DNA of 64,000 bases from an uncultured Patescibacteria group bacterium. Its GTDB lineage: Bacteria; Patescibacteriota; Patescibacteriia; UBA2591; CALHIP01. Location: the NCBI GenBank assembly GCA_938030745.1, contig CALHIP010000007.1, forward strand, positions 13,180-77,179, read 5' to 3'. Of this stretch, positions 8,570-17,851 are shown one piece after another. Each line of letters starts with the position of its first letter. Positions within the stretch are counted from its first letter, which is position 1. A model generated the notes under the pieces. It had not been told where the DNA came from. It saw nothing but the letters and a program-made list of their open reading frames with translations, and did no database searches. The translations under genes and the position numbers were made by a program.

Positions 8570-9145
8570 ATAAAAAGGTTTTATCTTTAAATCTACAATT
8601 TTATCTCGGTAAACATAAATTATGGTTGTTTCACCAAATTTTGTAATTGCATTTCTTTCATTTACATCTGTATGTCCGTGTAAAAAATATTTTGGTTTTT
8701 TTTGTTGAATATACTCTCTTAAAGCTTTAAATCCTTGATGAGTTAATTCTTCAGGCTTGTCATTTATCCCATAAGGCGGAGAATGGGCAATCATTACATC
8801 AACAGATGGAAAATCTTTCAATAATTCAAAAGCTTCTTCTTGAGTATACATTATTGCTTCTTGACTATTCTTGTAACGAACACTACCTTCAAATCCGCCG
8901 AAGACTAAATTCTCAAATTCAAAAGTTTTCAAATGGATGTTAATAATGCCAAGTGATTCAAAATATTTACCAGAATCGTGATTTCCATATACTCCAATTT
9001 TTGGAATATTAGTTATCTCGGCTAATTCTTTAAGGGCAAAGAAATCTAAATCTCCAAGAGTACAAATTAATTTAACAGGTTCTCTTTCAAGAATCTTCTT
9101 TATCTTCTCTCTTGGTGGTCTATCAGCAATTGCTAAAATTCTCAT
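8558..9145 (-). CDS. Calcineurin-like metallophosphoesterase
   Basis: LGDL, GNHD, HSPP, HGHT. Confidence 0.85.
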   Translation of the reverse strand: MRILAIADRPPREKIKKILEREPVKLICTLGDLDFFALKELAEITNIPKIGVYGNHDSGKYFESLGIINIHLKTFEFENLVFGGFEGSVRYKNSQEAIMYTQEEAFELLKDFPSVDVMIAHSPPYGINDKPEELTHQGFKALREYIQQKKPKYFLHGHTDVNERNAITKFGETTIIYVYRDKIVDLKIKPFYLNF

Positions 9146-9255
9146 AGTCTTTATTTTTCTAATTTTAGCAGTTTATGAACAGAGATCAAATAATTTTAAA
9201 TTCACTTTGGTATAATTATTTCATATAGTCTATCTTAGCAATTTAAATAATTAAA

Positions 9256-9690
9256 ATGCATCTAAATTTTATTTCAAAATCAGAGAAAGAAACTGAAAAT
9301 ATCGGAAATAAATTTGCTAAACAATTAAAAGGTGGTGAAGTTATTGGTTTAATTGGTGAATTAGGGACTGGTAAAACAGTTCTTGTTAGAAGTTTAGCTA
9401 AAGCTTTAGGAATCAAAAAATCAATTACTAGCCCATCTTTTGTTCTTTTGAAATTGTATAAAATTAAAAATTCAAAAATTAAAAATTTAGTCCATGTTGA
9501 TGCTTATCGATTAAAAAATGAAAAAGATTTAATTGAAATTGGTATCTTAGATTGGTTGAATAAAAAAGATACAGTTGTTGTTATTGAATGGGCTGAAAAA
9601 GTAAAAAAAATTTTGCCAAAGAAGGCAATTAAGGTTATAATTAAATTTGGTAAAAAAGAAAATGAAAGAATAATTAAGATTAAAAGATAA
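9256..9690 (+). CDS. tsaE: tRNA t6A biosynthesis ATPase TsaE
   Basis: GELGTGKT, SPSF, HVDAYRL, IEWAE. Confidence 0.95.
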   Translation: MHLNFISKSEKETENIGNKFAKQLKGGEVIGLIGELGTGKTVLVRSLAKALGIKKSITSPSFVLLKLYKIKNSKIKNLVHVDAYRLKNEKDLIEIGILDWLNKKDTVVVIEWAEKVKKILPKKAIKVIIKFGKKENERIIKIKR

Positions 9691-9701
9691 TATTTGTTTT
9701 T

Positions 9702-12038
9702 ATGGAAAAAGTTTATCAACCAAAAAAATACGAAGAAAAGATCTATCGGCTTTGGGAAAAGTCAGGATTTTTCAATCCTGATAAATTAGCTAAGAGAAAA
9801 AAAACTTATACGATTTCAATTCCGCCACCAAACGTGACTGGTTCCCTTCACATGGGTCATGCTTTAAATAGCGCAATCCAGGATATTTTGATTAGATTTT
9901 ATCGGATGAATGGTTATCGCACCCTTTGGCTACCAGGGATTGATCATGCTGGTATTGCTACCCAAAATGTTGTTGAAAAAGAATTAAAAAAAGAGGGATT
10001 AACTCGCCATCAGCTTGGCCGAGAAAAATTCGTTGAAAGAGTTTGGCAGTGGGTTAAACAATACGGCAATCTAATTATTGAGCAGTTTAAAAAACTGGGT
10101 TGCTCTTGCGATTGGTCTCGACAGAGATTTACCTTGGATAAAGAATATGCCAAGGCAGTGGAATTTGCTTTTATTCATTATTATAAGAAAGGACTAATCT
10201 ATCGTGGACCAAGAATTGTTAATTGGTGTCCAAGATGTGAGACTGCTATTTCTGATATTGAAGTGAAATACCAAGAGACGAAAGGAAAATTGTGGTATAT
10301 CAAATATAAATTCAAAATTCAAAATTCCATAGTTGTCGCAACAACAAGACCGGAAACAATGCTTGGTGATACAGCAGTAGCAGTCAATCCAAATGATGAA
10401 AGATATAAAAATTTAATTGGCCAAAAAGTTGTTTTACCATTAGTAAACCGTGAAATTCCAATTATTGCTCATCCTTTAGTTGATAAGGAATTTGGTACTG
10501 GCGCAGTAAAAGTTACTCCTGCTCATGACCCAATTGATTGGCAAATTGGTAAAGAAAAGAAATTAGCAGTGATTAATGTTATTGGACCAGATGGAAAAAT
10601 GACTCAAGAAGCAGGGAAATATGCTGGTTTATCAGTTTTAAAAGCAAGAGAGATGATTATTCAAGATTTAAAAAACCTTAATTTATTAGAAAAAGAAGAA
10701 GAATATACTTATAATATAGCTTTATGTGATCGCTGTCATACACCAATTGAACCTCAAATTTCTACTCAATGGTTTCTAAAGATGAAAGAATTAGCAAAAC
10801 CAGCTATCGAAGTAGTTAGAAAAAATAAAATAAAAATTATTCCTCAAAGATACAAAAAAGTTTATCTTAATTGGCTAAGCCGAGTTGAGGATTGGTGTAT
10901 CTCAAGACAATTATGGTGGGGACATCAATTACCTGTTTGGTTTTGTCAAAATCAAAAGGAAAAATTTATTGTTTCATTAAAAAAACCATTAAAATGTCCT
11001 TTCTGTGGTAGATGTAAAATGCAACAATCAGAAGAAGTATTAGATACATGGTTTTCTTCAGCCTTATGGCCATTTGCTACTTTAGGTTGGCCAAAAAAAA
11101 CAAAAGATTTTAAAAAATTTTATCCAACAGATTTTCTTTCTACTGCTCAAGAGATTTTGTATTTATGGGTAGCAAGAATGGTTTTTTCTTCATTAGAATT
11201 TACTGGCAAAATTCCTTTTAAAAGTGTTTATATCCACCCAACTGTTTTAGCTATTTCTGGTAAAAGAATGAGTAAATCATTAGGGACTGGCGTTGATCCT
11301 TTAGAAATTGGTGAGAAATTTGGTTTTGATGCAGTAAGAATGGGTTTGATTTATCAGATTAGCCGTGATCAACAGGCATTTAAATTTGACGAGAGAACAA
11401 TTTTGGCTAGTCGCAATTTTATCAATAAGCTTTGGAACATTGCTCGTTTTATTAAAATTTCAACAAAAAAAGATTCAAAATTTAAAATTCAAAATTTTCA
11501 ATTAAAATCATTGACTTTATTTGATAAATGGATATTAAGCAGGATCAATACAATTATTGATTCAACAACAAAAAAAATAAAAAACTATCAATTTGGTGAA
11601 GCAATTCGTGAGCTTTATGACTTCATCTGGCATGAATTTGCTGACTGGTATCTTGAAATTAGCAAGATTCAGATGGAAAATATCAAAACCAAAGACTCAA
11701 CTTTATTTATTCTTTATTATTCATTATTTAACATTCTTAAATTATTACATCCATTTATTCCTTTTGTTACAGAAGTAATTTGGCAGCAATTTTTTGCTCA
11801 AAAATTTTTGATGATGGAAAATTGGCCTAAGATAAATAAAAAATTTATCAATAAAAAAGTTGAAGAAGATTTTAAAAAAATAAAAAGTTTGATTGTTGAA
11901 ATTCGTAACTGGCGAAAAGAAAAAAATATTTTACCGCAAGAGATTATTGAATATCAAATAAATAAACCAGAAAAAATATTTTCGGAAAATAAAGAAATTA
12001 TTGAAAAATTAGCTAAAGTTAAGTTAAATTGTTCCTAA
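9702..12038 (+). CDS. valS: Valine--tRNA ligase (short, C-terminal coiled-coil arm missing)
   Basis: PPPNVTGSLHMGH, DWCISRQLWWGH, RMSKS; 778 aa. Confidence 0.96.
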   Translation: MEKVYQPKKYEEKIYRLWEKSGFFNPDKLAKRKKTYTISIPPPNVTGSLHMGHALNSAIQDILIRFYRMNGYRTLWLPGIDHAGIATQNVVEKELKKEGLTRHQLGREKFVERVWQWVKQYGNLIIEQFKKLGCSCDWSRQRFTLDKEYAKAVEFAFIHYYKKGLIYRGPRIVNWCPRCETAISDIEVKYQETKGKLWYIKYKFKIQNSIVVATTRPETMLGDTAVAVNPNDERYKNLIGQKVVLPLVNREIPIIAHPLVDKEFGTGAVKVTPAHDPIDWQIGKEKKLAVINVIGPDGKMTQEAGKYAGLSVLKAREMIIQDLKNLNLLEKEEEYTYNIALCDRCHTPIEPQISTQWFLKMKELAKPAIEVVRKNKIKIIPQRYKKVYLNWLSRVEDWCISRQLWWGHQLPVWFCQNQKEKFIVSLKKPLKCPFCGRCKMQQSEEVLDTWFSSALWPFATLGWPKKTKDFKKFYPTDFLSTAQEILYLWVARMVFSSLEFTGKIPFKSVYIHPTVLAISGKRMSKSLGTGVDPLEIGEKFGFDAVRMGLIYQISRDQQAFKFDERTILASRNFINKLWNIARFIKISTKKDSKFKIQNFQLKSLTLFDKWILSRINTIIDSTTKKIKNYQFGEAIRELYDFIWHEFADWYLEISKIQMENIKTKDSTLFILYYSLFNILKLLHPFIPFVTEVIWQQFFAQKFLMMENWPKINKKFINKKVEEDFKKIKSLIVEIRNWRKEKNILPQEIIEYQINKPEKIFSENKEIIEKLAKVKLNCS

Positions 12039-13268
12039 TTGCCAACTTCTAAGGTATCTTTTTTGTTTTTTAGTTAACCGATCAATCTTTATTCCTAAAG
12101 ACTTAAGTTTTAAAAAAGCAATTTTTTCCTCAAGTTGTTCAGGAAGAAAATAAACTTTTGGAATTAATTTTTTTGCATTTTTAGCTAAATATTCTTGAGC
12201 TAATGCTTGACTAGCAAAACTTAGATCCATAACTTCAGAAGGATGGCCTTCAGCTGAAGCTAAATTGACTAAACGGCCTTCAGCTAATAAATAAATTTTT
12301 TTACCATTTTTTAAAATAAACTCCTCAAGATTGTTTCTAATTAATCTTTTTTGTTTAGCAAGCTTGTTTAAATCTTTTAGATTTATTTCAACATTAAAAT
12401 GACCAGCATTAGCTAAAATAGCACCATTCTTCATTTTTAGAAAGTGCTCTTTTCTTAAAACATCAATGTTGCCAGTGACAGTCACAAAGATATCACCAAT
12501 TTTTGCTGCTTTATAAGAAGGTAAGACTTCAAAACCATCCATTTTTGCCTCAAGCGCTTTAATTGGGTCTTTTTCGCAAACAAAAACTTGAGCACCCATA
12601 CCTTTAGCTCTTTGGCTTAAACCTTTACCACAGAAACCGTAGCCAAAAACAACAAAATTTTTTCCAGCTAAGAGGATATTAGTTGCTCTTAAGATTCCAT
12701 CAATTGTTGATTGGCCAGTTCCATAACGATTATCAAAAAGATTTTTTATTTTCGCTTCATTAACAGCAATCACCGGAAAAAGAAGTTTATTTTCTTTTTC
12801 TAAATTTTTGATTCTTAAAACACCAGTTGTTGTTTCTTCAGAAGCACCTAAAACTCTTTGTTTTTTTCTTATTGCTAGACTAATTAAATCTGCTCCATCA
12901 TCAATTAACAAGTCGGGATTAAAAGATAAAACTTTTTTAAGCGCTTTCTGATAATATCCAAGAGTTTCACCTCGATAAGCAAAAATAGGAATTTTAAAAT
13001 AAAAAGAAAGAGCAGCCATAACTTCGTCTTGAGTTGATAAAGGATTTGAGGCACAAAGGAAGACTTTTGCTCCACCTATTTTAAGACAACGAATTAAATT
13101 CGCTGTCTCAGTTGTAATATGTAAGCAAGCACCAATTTTTAGATTTTTAAAAGGTTTAGTTTTAGCAAAATTTCTAGCGATTAAAGATAAAACCGGCATC
13201 CGAGAAAATGCCCAATTGATTTTCTTTTTTCCTATTGGTGCTAATTTTTTTAAGTTTATTTTTTTCAT
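12024..13268 (-). CDS. ahcY: Adenosylhomocysteinase
   Basis: CLHITTET, SNPLSTQD, EETTTG, FDNRYGTGQS, GRLVNL, GHP. Confidence 0.95.
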   Translation of the reverse strand: MKKINLKKLAPIGKKKINWAFSRMPVLSLIARNFAKTKPFKNLKIGACLHITTETANLIRCLKIGGAKVFLCASNPLSTQDEVMAALSFYFKIPIFAYRGETLGYYQKALKKVLSFNPDLLIDDGADLISLAIRKKQRVLGASEETTTGVLRIKNLEKENKLLFPVIAVNEAKIKNLFDNRYGTGQSTIDGILRATNILLAGKNFVVFGYGFCGKGLSQRAKGMGAQVFVCEKDPIKALEAKMDGFEVLPSYKAAKIGDIFVTVTGNIDVLRKEHFLKMKNGAILANAGHFNVEINLKDLNKLAKQKRLIRNNLEEFILKNGKKIYLLAEGRLVNLASAEGHPSEVMDLSFASQALAQEYLAKNAKKLIPKVYFLPEQLEEKIAFLKLKSLGIKIDRLTKKQKRYLRSWQLGTI

Positions 13269-13270
13269 AA

Positions 13271-14935
13271 TTACACAACTCTAAAAACTTCTTCAACTGT
13301 CGTTATTCCTTTGATAGCCTTTAAAATTCCATCTTGAGCCATTGTTATCATTTTTTGTTCTTTTAAAACTTTTCTCATTTCATCTTCTGAAAGAGTTGTT
13401 TTTAAAATTAATTTTTCAATTTCAGAATTATTGATAAAAAATTCAAAGATACCAATTCTTCCTTTATAGCCAATATTTTGACAAGATTCACAACCTTTAC
13501 CTTGGTAAAATTTTAATTTCTTAAAATCAATTTCTTTTTTTTCTTCTTCTGGAAGATCATCAAGAATTTTTTTTACTTTCTCTTCTAATTCAGAAGGGAG
13601 TTTCGTTTCTTCCTTACAATTTTGACAAATTCTTCTAACCAATCTTTGACCCATGATCATGGTTAAAGCTGGAGCTAAAAGAAATGGTTTAACTCCTAAA
13701 GCCAAAAATCGTGGGATTGCTCCAGCTGCATCGTTAGTATGTAAAGTTGAAAGAACAAGGTGGCCAGTTAAAGCAGCTTGAATTGAAACTTCAGCTGTTT
13801 CTTGATCTCTGATCTCGCCAATCATAATAATATCAGGATCATGTCTCATAATTGATCTGAAATTTTTAGCAAAAGTTTGTCCCTTTGAATAATCAATCTG
13901 AGTTTGAATAACCCCCTTTAATTCGTATTCAATTGGATCTTCTAAAGTAATGATTTTAACTTCCGGCCTAGCTAACTTAGATAAAATCGCATAAAGAGTT
14001 GTTGTTTTTCCAGCTCCGGTTGGACCAGTAACAATAATCATTCCATTTGGTCGAGAAATTTCTTTTTTGACTATTTCAAGAGATTTTTCTCTTAAACCAA
14101 GATTTTCTAAACTAATCTGATAAGATGGCATTAAAAGTCGGATAACTACACTTTCTCCAAAAGAACTTGGAACAGTTGAAACCCTGACATCAATTTTTTC
14201 TTCTTTAAAGAAGATTGAAAAATGACCATCTTGTGGTTGGTCAGTAATATTAATTTTTAAACCAGATAAAAGTTTTATTCTTGAGATAACTGGCGGCCAT
14301 AATTTTTTAGAAATTAGAGCAACATCATGCAAAATACCATCAATTCGAAAACGAAATTTTATCTTCTCTTCTTCTGGTTCAAGATGAATATCTGAAGCTC
14401 TTGATTTTATGGCAGTAGCAATAACTAAAGTTACTAAATCAGAAAGTGAACATTTTTGGATCTCTCTTTGTAAATCAGAAAAATTTTTTATTTTTGTTTG
14501 ATAATTTAAAAGGTCTTCCTCTGTGATTTCTACTCCTTTTTCTCTCTTTTTAATTTTTGGTAAACTTTTATAAAGTTTTAAAGCTGATAAAAAACTATTC
14601 TCAGAAGTAAGATAGAGGAAGACCTCTAAATTAGTTTCATTTTCTATTTTTGTTTTTAATTCTAAAACTTCTGGTTTAAAAGGATCAAGAACAGCTAAAT
14701 TAACTTTCCTTTCATCTAAAAAAAATGGAATAAGACCATTTTTTTCTGCTTCTTCTTGAGAAACAATTCTTAAAGTTTCTGGCGGAATAGAAAAACCTTT
14801 TAGATTAACATAAGGTAGGCCAAGAGCAACTGCTTTTTTCTGTGTTTCTTCTTCTATTTTTTTAATTTTTAGCTCTTCAAGTTTCCTTTTAAGCTCTAAC
14901 CTTTTATCTTCGGGCTGGGCGTATTTTTGATCCAT
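13271..14935 (-). CDS. Type IV pilus assembly ATPase (PilB/GspE family)
   Basis: ASDIHLEP, GPTGAGKTTT, EDPIE, GEIRD, TGHLVLSTLH, CxxC...CxxC. Confidence 0.93.
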   Translation of the reverse strand: MDQKYAQPEDKRLELKRKLEELKIKKIEEETQKKAVALGLPYVNLKGFSIPPETLRIVSQEEAEKNGLIPFFLDERKVNLAVLDPFKPEVLELKTKIENETNLEVFLYLTSENSFLSALKLYKSLPKIKKREKGVEITEEDLLNYQTKIKNFSDLQREIQKCSLSDLVTLVIATAIKSRASDIHLEPEEEKIKFRFRIDGILHDVALISKKLWPPVISRIKLLSGLKINITDQPQDGHFSIFFKEEKIDVRVSTVPSSFGESVVIRLLMPSYQISLENLGLREKSLEIVKKEISRPNGMIIVTGPTGAGKTTTLYAILSKLARPEVKIITLEDPIEYELKGVIQTQIDYSKGQTFAKNFRSIMRHDPDIIMIGEIRDQETAEVSIQAALTGHLVLSTLHTNDAAGAIPRFLALGVKPFLLAPALTMIMGQRLVRRICQNCKEETKLPSELEEKVKKILDDLPEEEKKEIDFKKLKFYQGKGCESCQNIGYKGRIGIFEFFINNSEIEKLILKTTLSEDEMRKVLKEQKMITMAQDGILKAIKGITTVEEVFRVV

Positions 14936-14958
14936 ATTGGATTATTATACCATTTTCC

Positions 14959-16335
14959 TTATCGATTATAAATCCTCTGCCGGATAAGCTCTATTTCTTG
15001 CTTAATCCTTCCTTCTTCTTCAACCTCTTTTTTAATCTTCTGCCAAGCATGAATGGCAGTGGTATGATCTCGATTACCTAATTCTTTACCAATTAAAGGA
15101 AAAGAGGCATTAATTTCTTCTCTTAATAGATACATCGCTACTTGACGAGGAATAACCAGTTCTTTTTTTCGAGAAGGACTGATCAATTCTGAAAGTTTTA
15201 GATTATAAAAGTCAGCAACAATCTGAAGTAATTCTTTTGGCGAAAGAGCCGCTTTCCTTGGGAGATTAATTAAGCTATCAACAATTTTTTTTGTCTCTTC
15301 TAAAGAAAATGGCAATTTGTTTAACTCATGGAAAGCAATGACTTTATTTAAAGCACCTTCAAGTTGGCGGACATTATTTTGGATATGAGTGGCAATATAT
15401 TGAACAATTTCCTTTGGTAGCTCAACATTTCTTTCCTTTGCTTTTCTTTCTAGAATAGCAATTCTTGTTTCTAAATCAGGTGGTGAAATATCAACAATCA
15501 TACCTCCTTCAAAGCGAGAAATTAGTCTTTCTTCAATAGCAGGAATAACCCTTGGTGGTCGATCAGAAGTTAAAACAATTTGTTTATCTTTCTGATAAAG
15601 AGTATTAAAGGTGTGAAAAAATTCTTCCTGAACTGCTTCTTTGCCAGCAAAAAATTGGACATCATCAACCAAAAGGACATCTTGAACTCGATAATTTTTT
15701 TTAAAGACATCCATTTTTCTCTCTCTAATTGCTTTAATGAACTCATTAGTAAATCTTTCAGCACTAATATATAATACTTTCTTTTTTTTATCAGTCTTTA
15801 AAATCTTATTCCCGATTGCCTGAAGAAGATGTGTTTTTCCTAAACCAACTCCACCGTAAATAAAAAGAGGGTTATATTTTTTTCCAGGAGCTTGAGCAAC
15901 AGCTACGGAGGCAGCAAAAGCAAGTTCATTTCCTTTACCGACAACAAAATTTTCAAAAGAGTAACGAGAATTTAAACCATGTTTGTTAGTCTCTAATTCT
16001 TTCGTTTCACTCTCTTCTTTAATTATTTCTTCTAAACTAACAAATCTTTTTTCTATTGAAGGAGGAATTTTTGTCTCAATTTTATAAACGATATTTTTTA
16101 TCTTATTATTAGTTGCATTTTGTAAAATATCTAAAATCATTTTATGATATTTTTTCTCAAACCAGAGTCTAGTAAATTCGTTTGGTAAAGAAATAACAAC
16201 TGTTTCGCCGTCATCTTCAATTGAAGAAATATAGGCATTTTTAAACCAAGTCATAAAATTAGCCCGTGAAAGCTGGAGCTCCATTTCTCCTAAAACAATT
16301 TGCCATAATTTTTCTTTTGTTAATTCGTTATTCAT
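14959..16335 (-). CDS. dnaA: Chromosomal replication initiator DnaA
   Basis: YNPLFIYGGVGLGKTHL, DDVQF, EFFHTFN, RDHTT. Confidence 0.98.
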   Translation of the reverse strand: MNNELTKEKLWQIVLGEMELQLSRANFMTWFKNAYISSIEDDGETVVISLPNEFTRLWFEKKYHKMILDILQNATNNKIKNIVYKIETKIPPSIEKRFVSLEEIIKEESETKELETNKHGLNSRYSFENFVVGKGNELAFAASVAVAQAPGKKYNPLFIYGGVGLGKTHLLQAIGNKILKTDKKKKVLYISAERFTNEFIKAIRERKMDVFKKNYRVQDVLLVDDVQFFAGKEAVQEEFFHTFNTLYQKDKQIVLTSDRPPRVIPAIEERLISRFEGGMIVDISPPDLETRIAILERKAKERNVELPKEIVQYIATHIQNNVRQLEGALNKVIAFHELNKLPFSLEETKKIVDSLINLPRKAALSPKELLQIVADFYNLKLSELISPSRKKELVIPRQVAMYLLREEINASFPLIGKELGNRDHTTAIHAWQKIKKEVEEEGRIKQEIELIRQRIYNR

Positions 16336-16391
16336 ATAAAATCAATTTTTAATTTATTTTATTATAATTTAAAAAGAAAGAAAGCAAAAAT

Positions 16392-16422
16392 GGTGGATAA
16401 GATGGGGATGAATTGTGGAAAA
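16392..16422 (-). promoter_or_regulatory. Three DnaA-box-like 9-mers at 11-bp spacing upstream of dnaA
   Basis: Minus strand TTATCCACC (16392), TCATCCCCA (16403), TTTTCCACA (16414); adjacent AT-rich tract 16336-16390. Confidence 0.7.
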
Positions 16423-16487
16423 ATAAAAAACCTTGCTCTATTTTTTTCCTCTGTTATAATAAATTTTACTTAATAACCTTATAAACC

Positions 16488-16673
16488 ATGGCTCTACCTT
16501 CAAAAAAAAGACCAAGAAGTGAAAAAAGAAAAAGAAGGATTAATCAAAGGCTTAAAAAAATAACCTATTCTTTTTGTCCTCAATGTAAAAGACCGTTAAA
16601 GCCTCATCATTTTTGTCCATTTTGTGGTACTTACAAAGGAGAAGAAGTTATCAAATTAAAATTAAAAAAATAA
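16488..16673 (+). CDS. rpmF: 50S ribosomal protein L32
   Basis: MALPSKKR...CPQC...PHHFCPFCGTYKG. Confidence 0.95.
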   Translation: MALPSKKRPRSEKRKRRINQRLKKITYSFCPQCKRPLKPHHFCPFCGTYKGEEVIKLKLKK

Positions 16674-16679
16674 TTTTAT

Positions 16680-17171
16680 ATGAGCAGTCGTCGTTTAGCG
16701 AGAATAGTTACTTTTCAAATTCTTTTCCAATTAGATTTTTCTGGTTTTTTTGAAAAGAAAACAAAACAAGAAAAAGATTTAAAAGAGATTTTAGATTATA
16801 ATTTTAAAAAATTTCTTTCTTCCTCTGAAGATAAAGATTTTTCCAAAAAATTAATTTTTGAAATAATAAAAAAATCAGAAGAAATAGATAAATTAATTAA
16901 AAAATTTGCTCCTCAATGGCCAATCAATCAGATTTCTTTAGTTGATAGGAATATTTTAAGAATAGGAATAGCGGAGCTTGTTTTTTTAAAAGAGGTTCCT
17001 GAAAAGGTAGCTATTAATGAGGCAATAGAAATAGCAAAAACATTCGGTTCTGAAACATCTGGTCGATTTATCAATGGTGTTTTAGGAGCAATTTATGAAG
17101 AGTTAAAGGGAAAAGCGAAAAATCAATTTAATAAGGAAAATAATCATGGAAAAGAAATTAAACAATCTTGA
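16680..17171 (+). CDS. nusB: Transcription antitermination factor NusB
   Basis: [27 protein letters not shown]. Confidence 0.95.
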   Translation: MSSRRLARIVTFQILFQLDFSGFFEKKTKQEKDLKEILDYNFKKFLSSSEDKDFSKKLIFEIIKKSEEIDKLIKKFAPQWPINQISLVDRNILRIGIAELVFLKEVPEKVAINEAIEIAKTFGSETSGRFINGVLGAIYEELKGKAKNQFNKENNHGKEIKQS

Positions 17172-17844
17172 AAAAAAAATAAAAATTAAATTTAAAAATC
17201 AGAATCTCCTTCGTCAGGCTCTTATTCATCGTTCATATTTAAATGAACATCCTGAAGAAAAATTAGATGATAATGAAAGATTAGAATTCTTAGGCGATGC
17301 AATCATTGAATTCGTTGTTACTGAATATCTTTATAAAAATTATAAAGAACCAGAAGGAATTTTAACATCTTGGCGGGCTGGTTTGGTTAATGCAAAAAGA
17401 TTGGCAAAGATAGCTCGTGAAATTTCTTTGGATAAATATCTTTATCTCTCCAAAGGTGAACTTCTTTCTTCTTCGGAAAAAGCAAGAGAAAATATTTTAG
17501 CTAATAGTCTTGAAGCTTTAATTGGTGCTATTTTCCTAGATCAAGGAATTAAGAAAGCAAAAAAATTTATTAGAGAAAAAATAATTTCAAAACTTCCTTT
17601 CATTTTAAAATATAAACTTTTCCAAGATCCAAAAAGTAAATTTCAGGAATTAGCCCAAGCAGATTTTAAAATTACTCCAACTTATAAAGTTTTGAAAGAA
17701 ACAGGTCCTGATCATTTAAAAGAATTTACTGTTGGTGTTTTTCTTAATCAAAAACTTATTGCCAAAGGAAAAGGGAAAAGTAAACAAGAGGCAGAGATAA
17801 AAGCAGCAAAAATAGCCTTAAGAAAATATAAAACTATTAAATAA
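17146..17844 (+). CDS. rnc: Ribonuclease III
   Basis: [18 protein letters not shown]-terminal dsRBD. Confidence 0.97.
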   Translation: MEKKLNNLEKKIKIKFKNQNLLRQALIHRSYLNEHPEEKLDDNERLEFLGDAIIEFVVTEYLYKNYKEPEGILTSWRAGLVNAKRLAKIAREISLDKYLYLSKGELLSSSEKARENILANSLEALIGAIFLDQGIKKAKKFIREKIISKLPFILKYKLFQDPKSKFQELAQADFKITPTYKVLKETGPDHLKEFTVGVFLNQKLIAKGKGKSKQEAEIKAAKIALRKYKTIK

Positions 17845-17851
17845 TTGGTTT

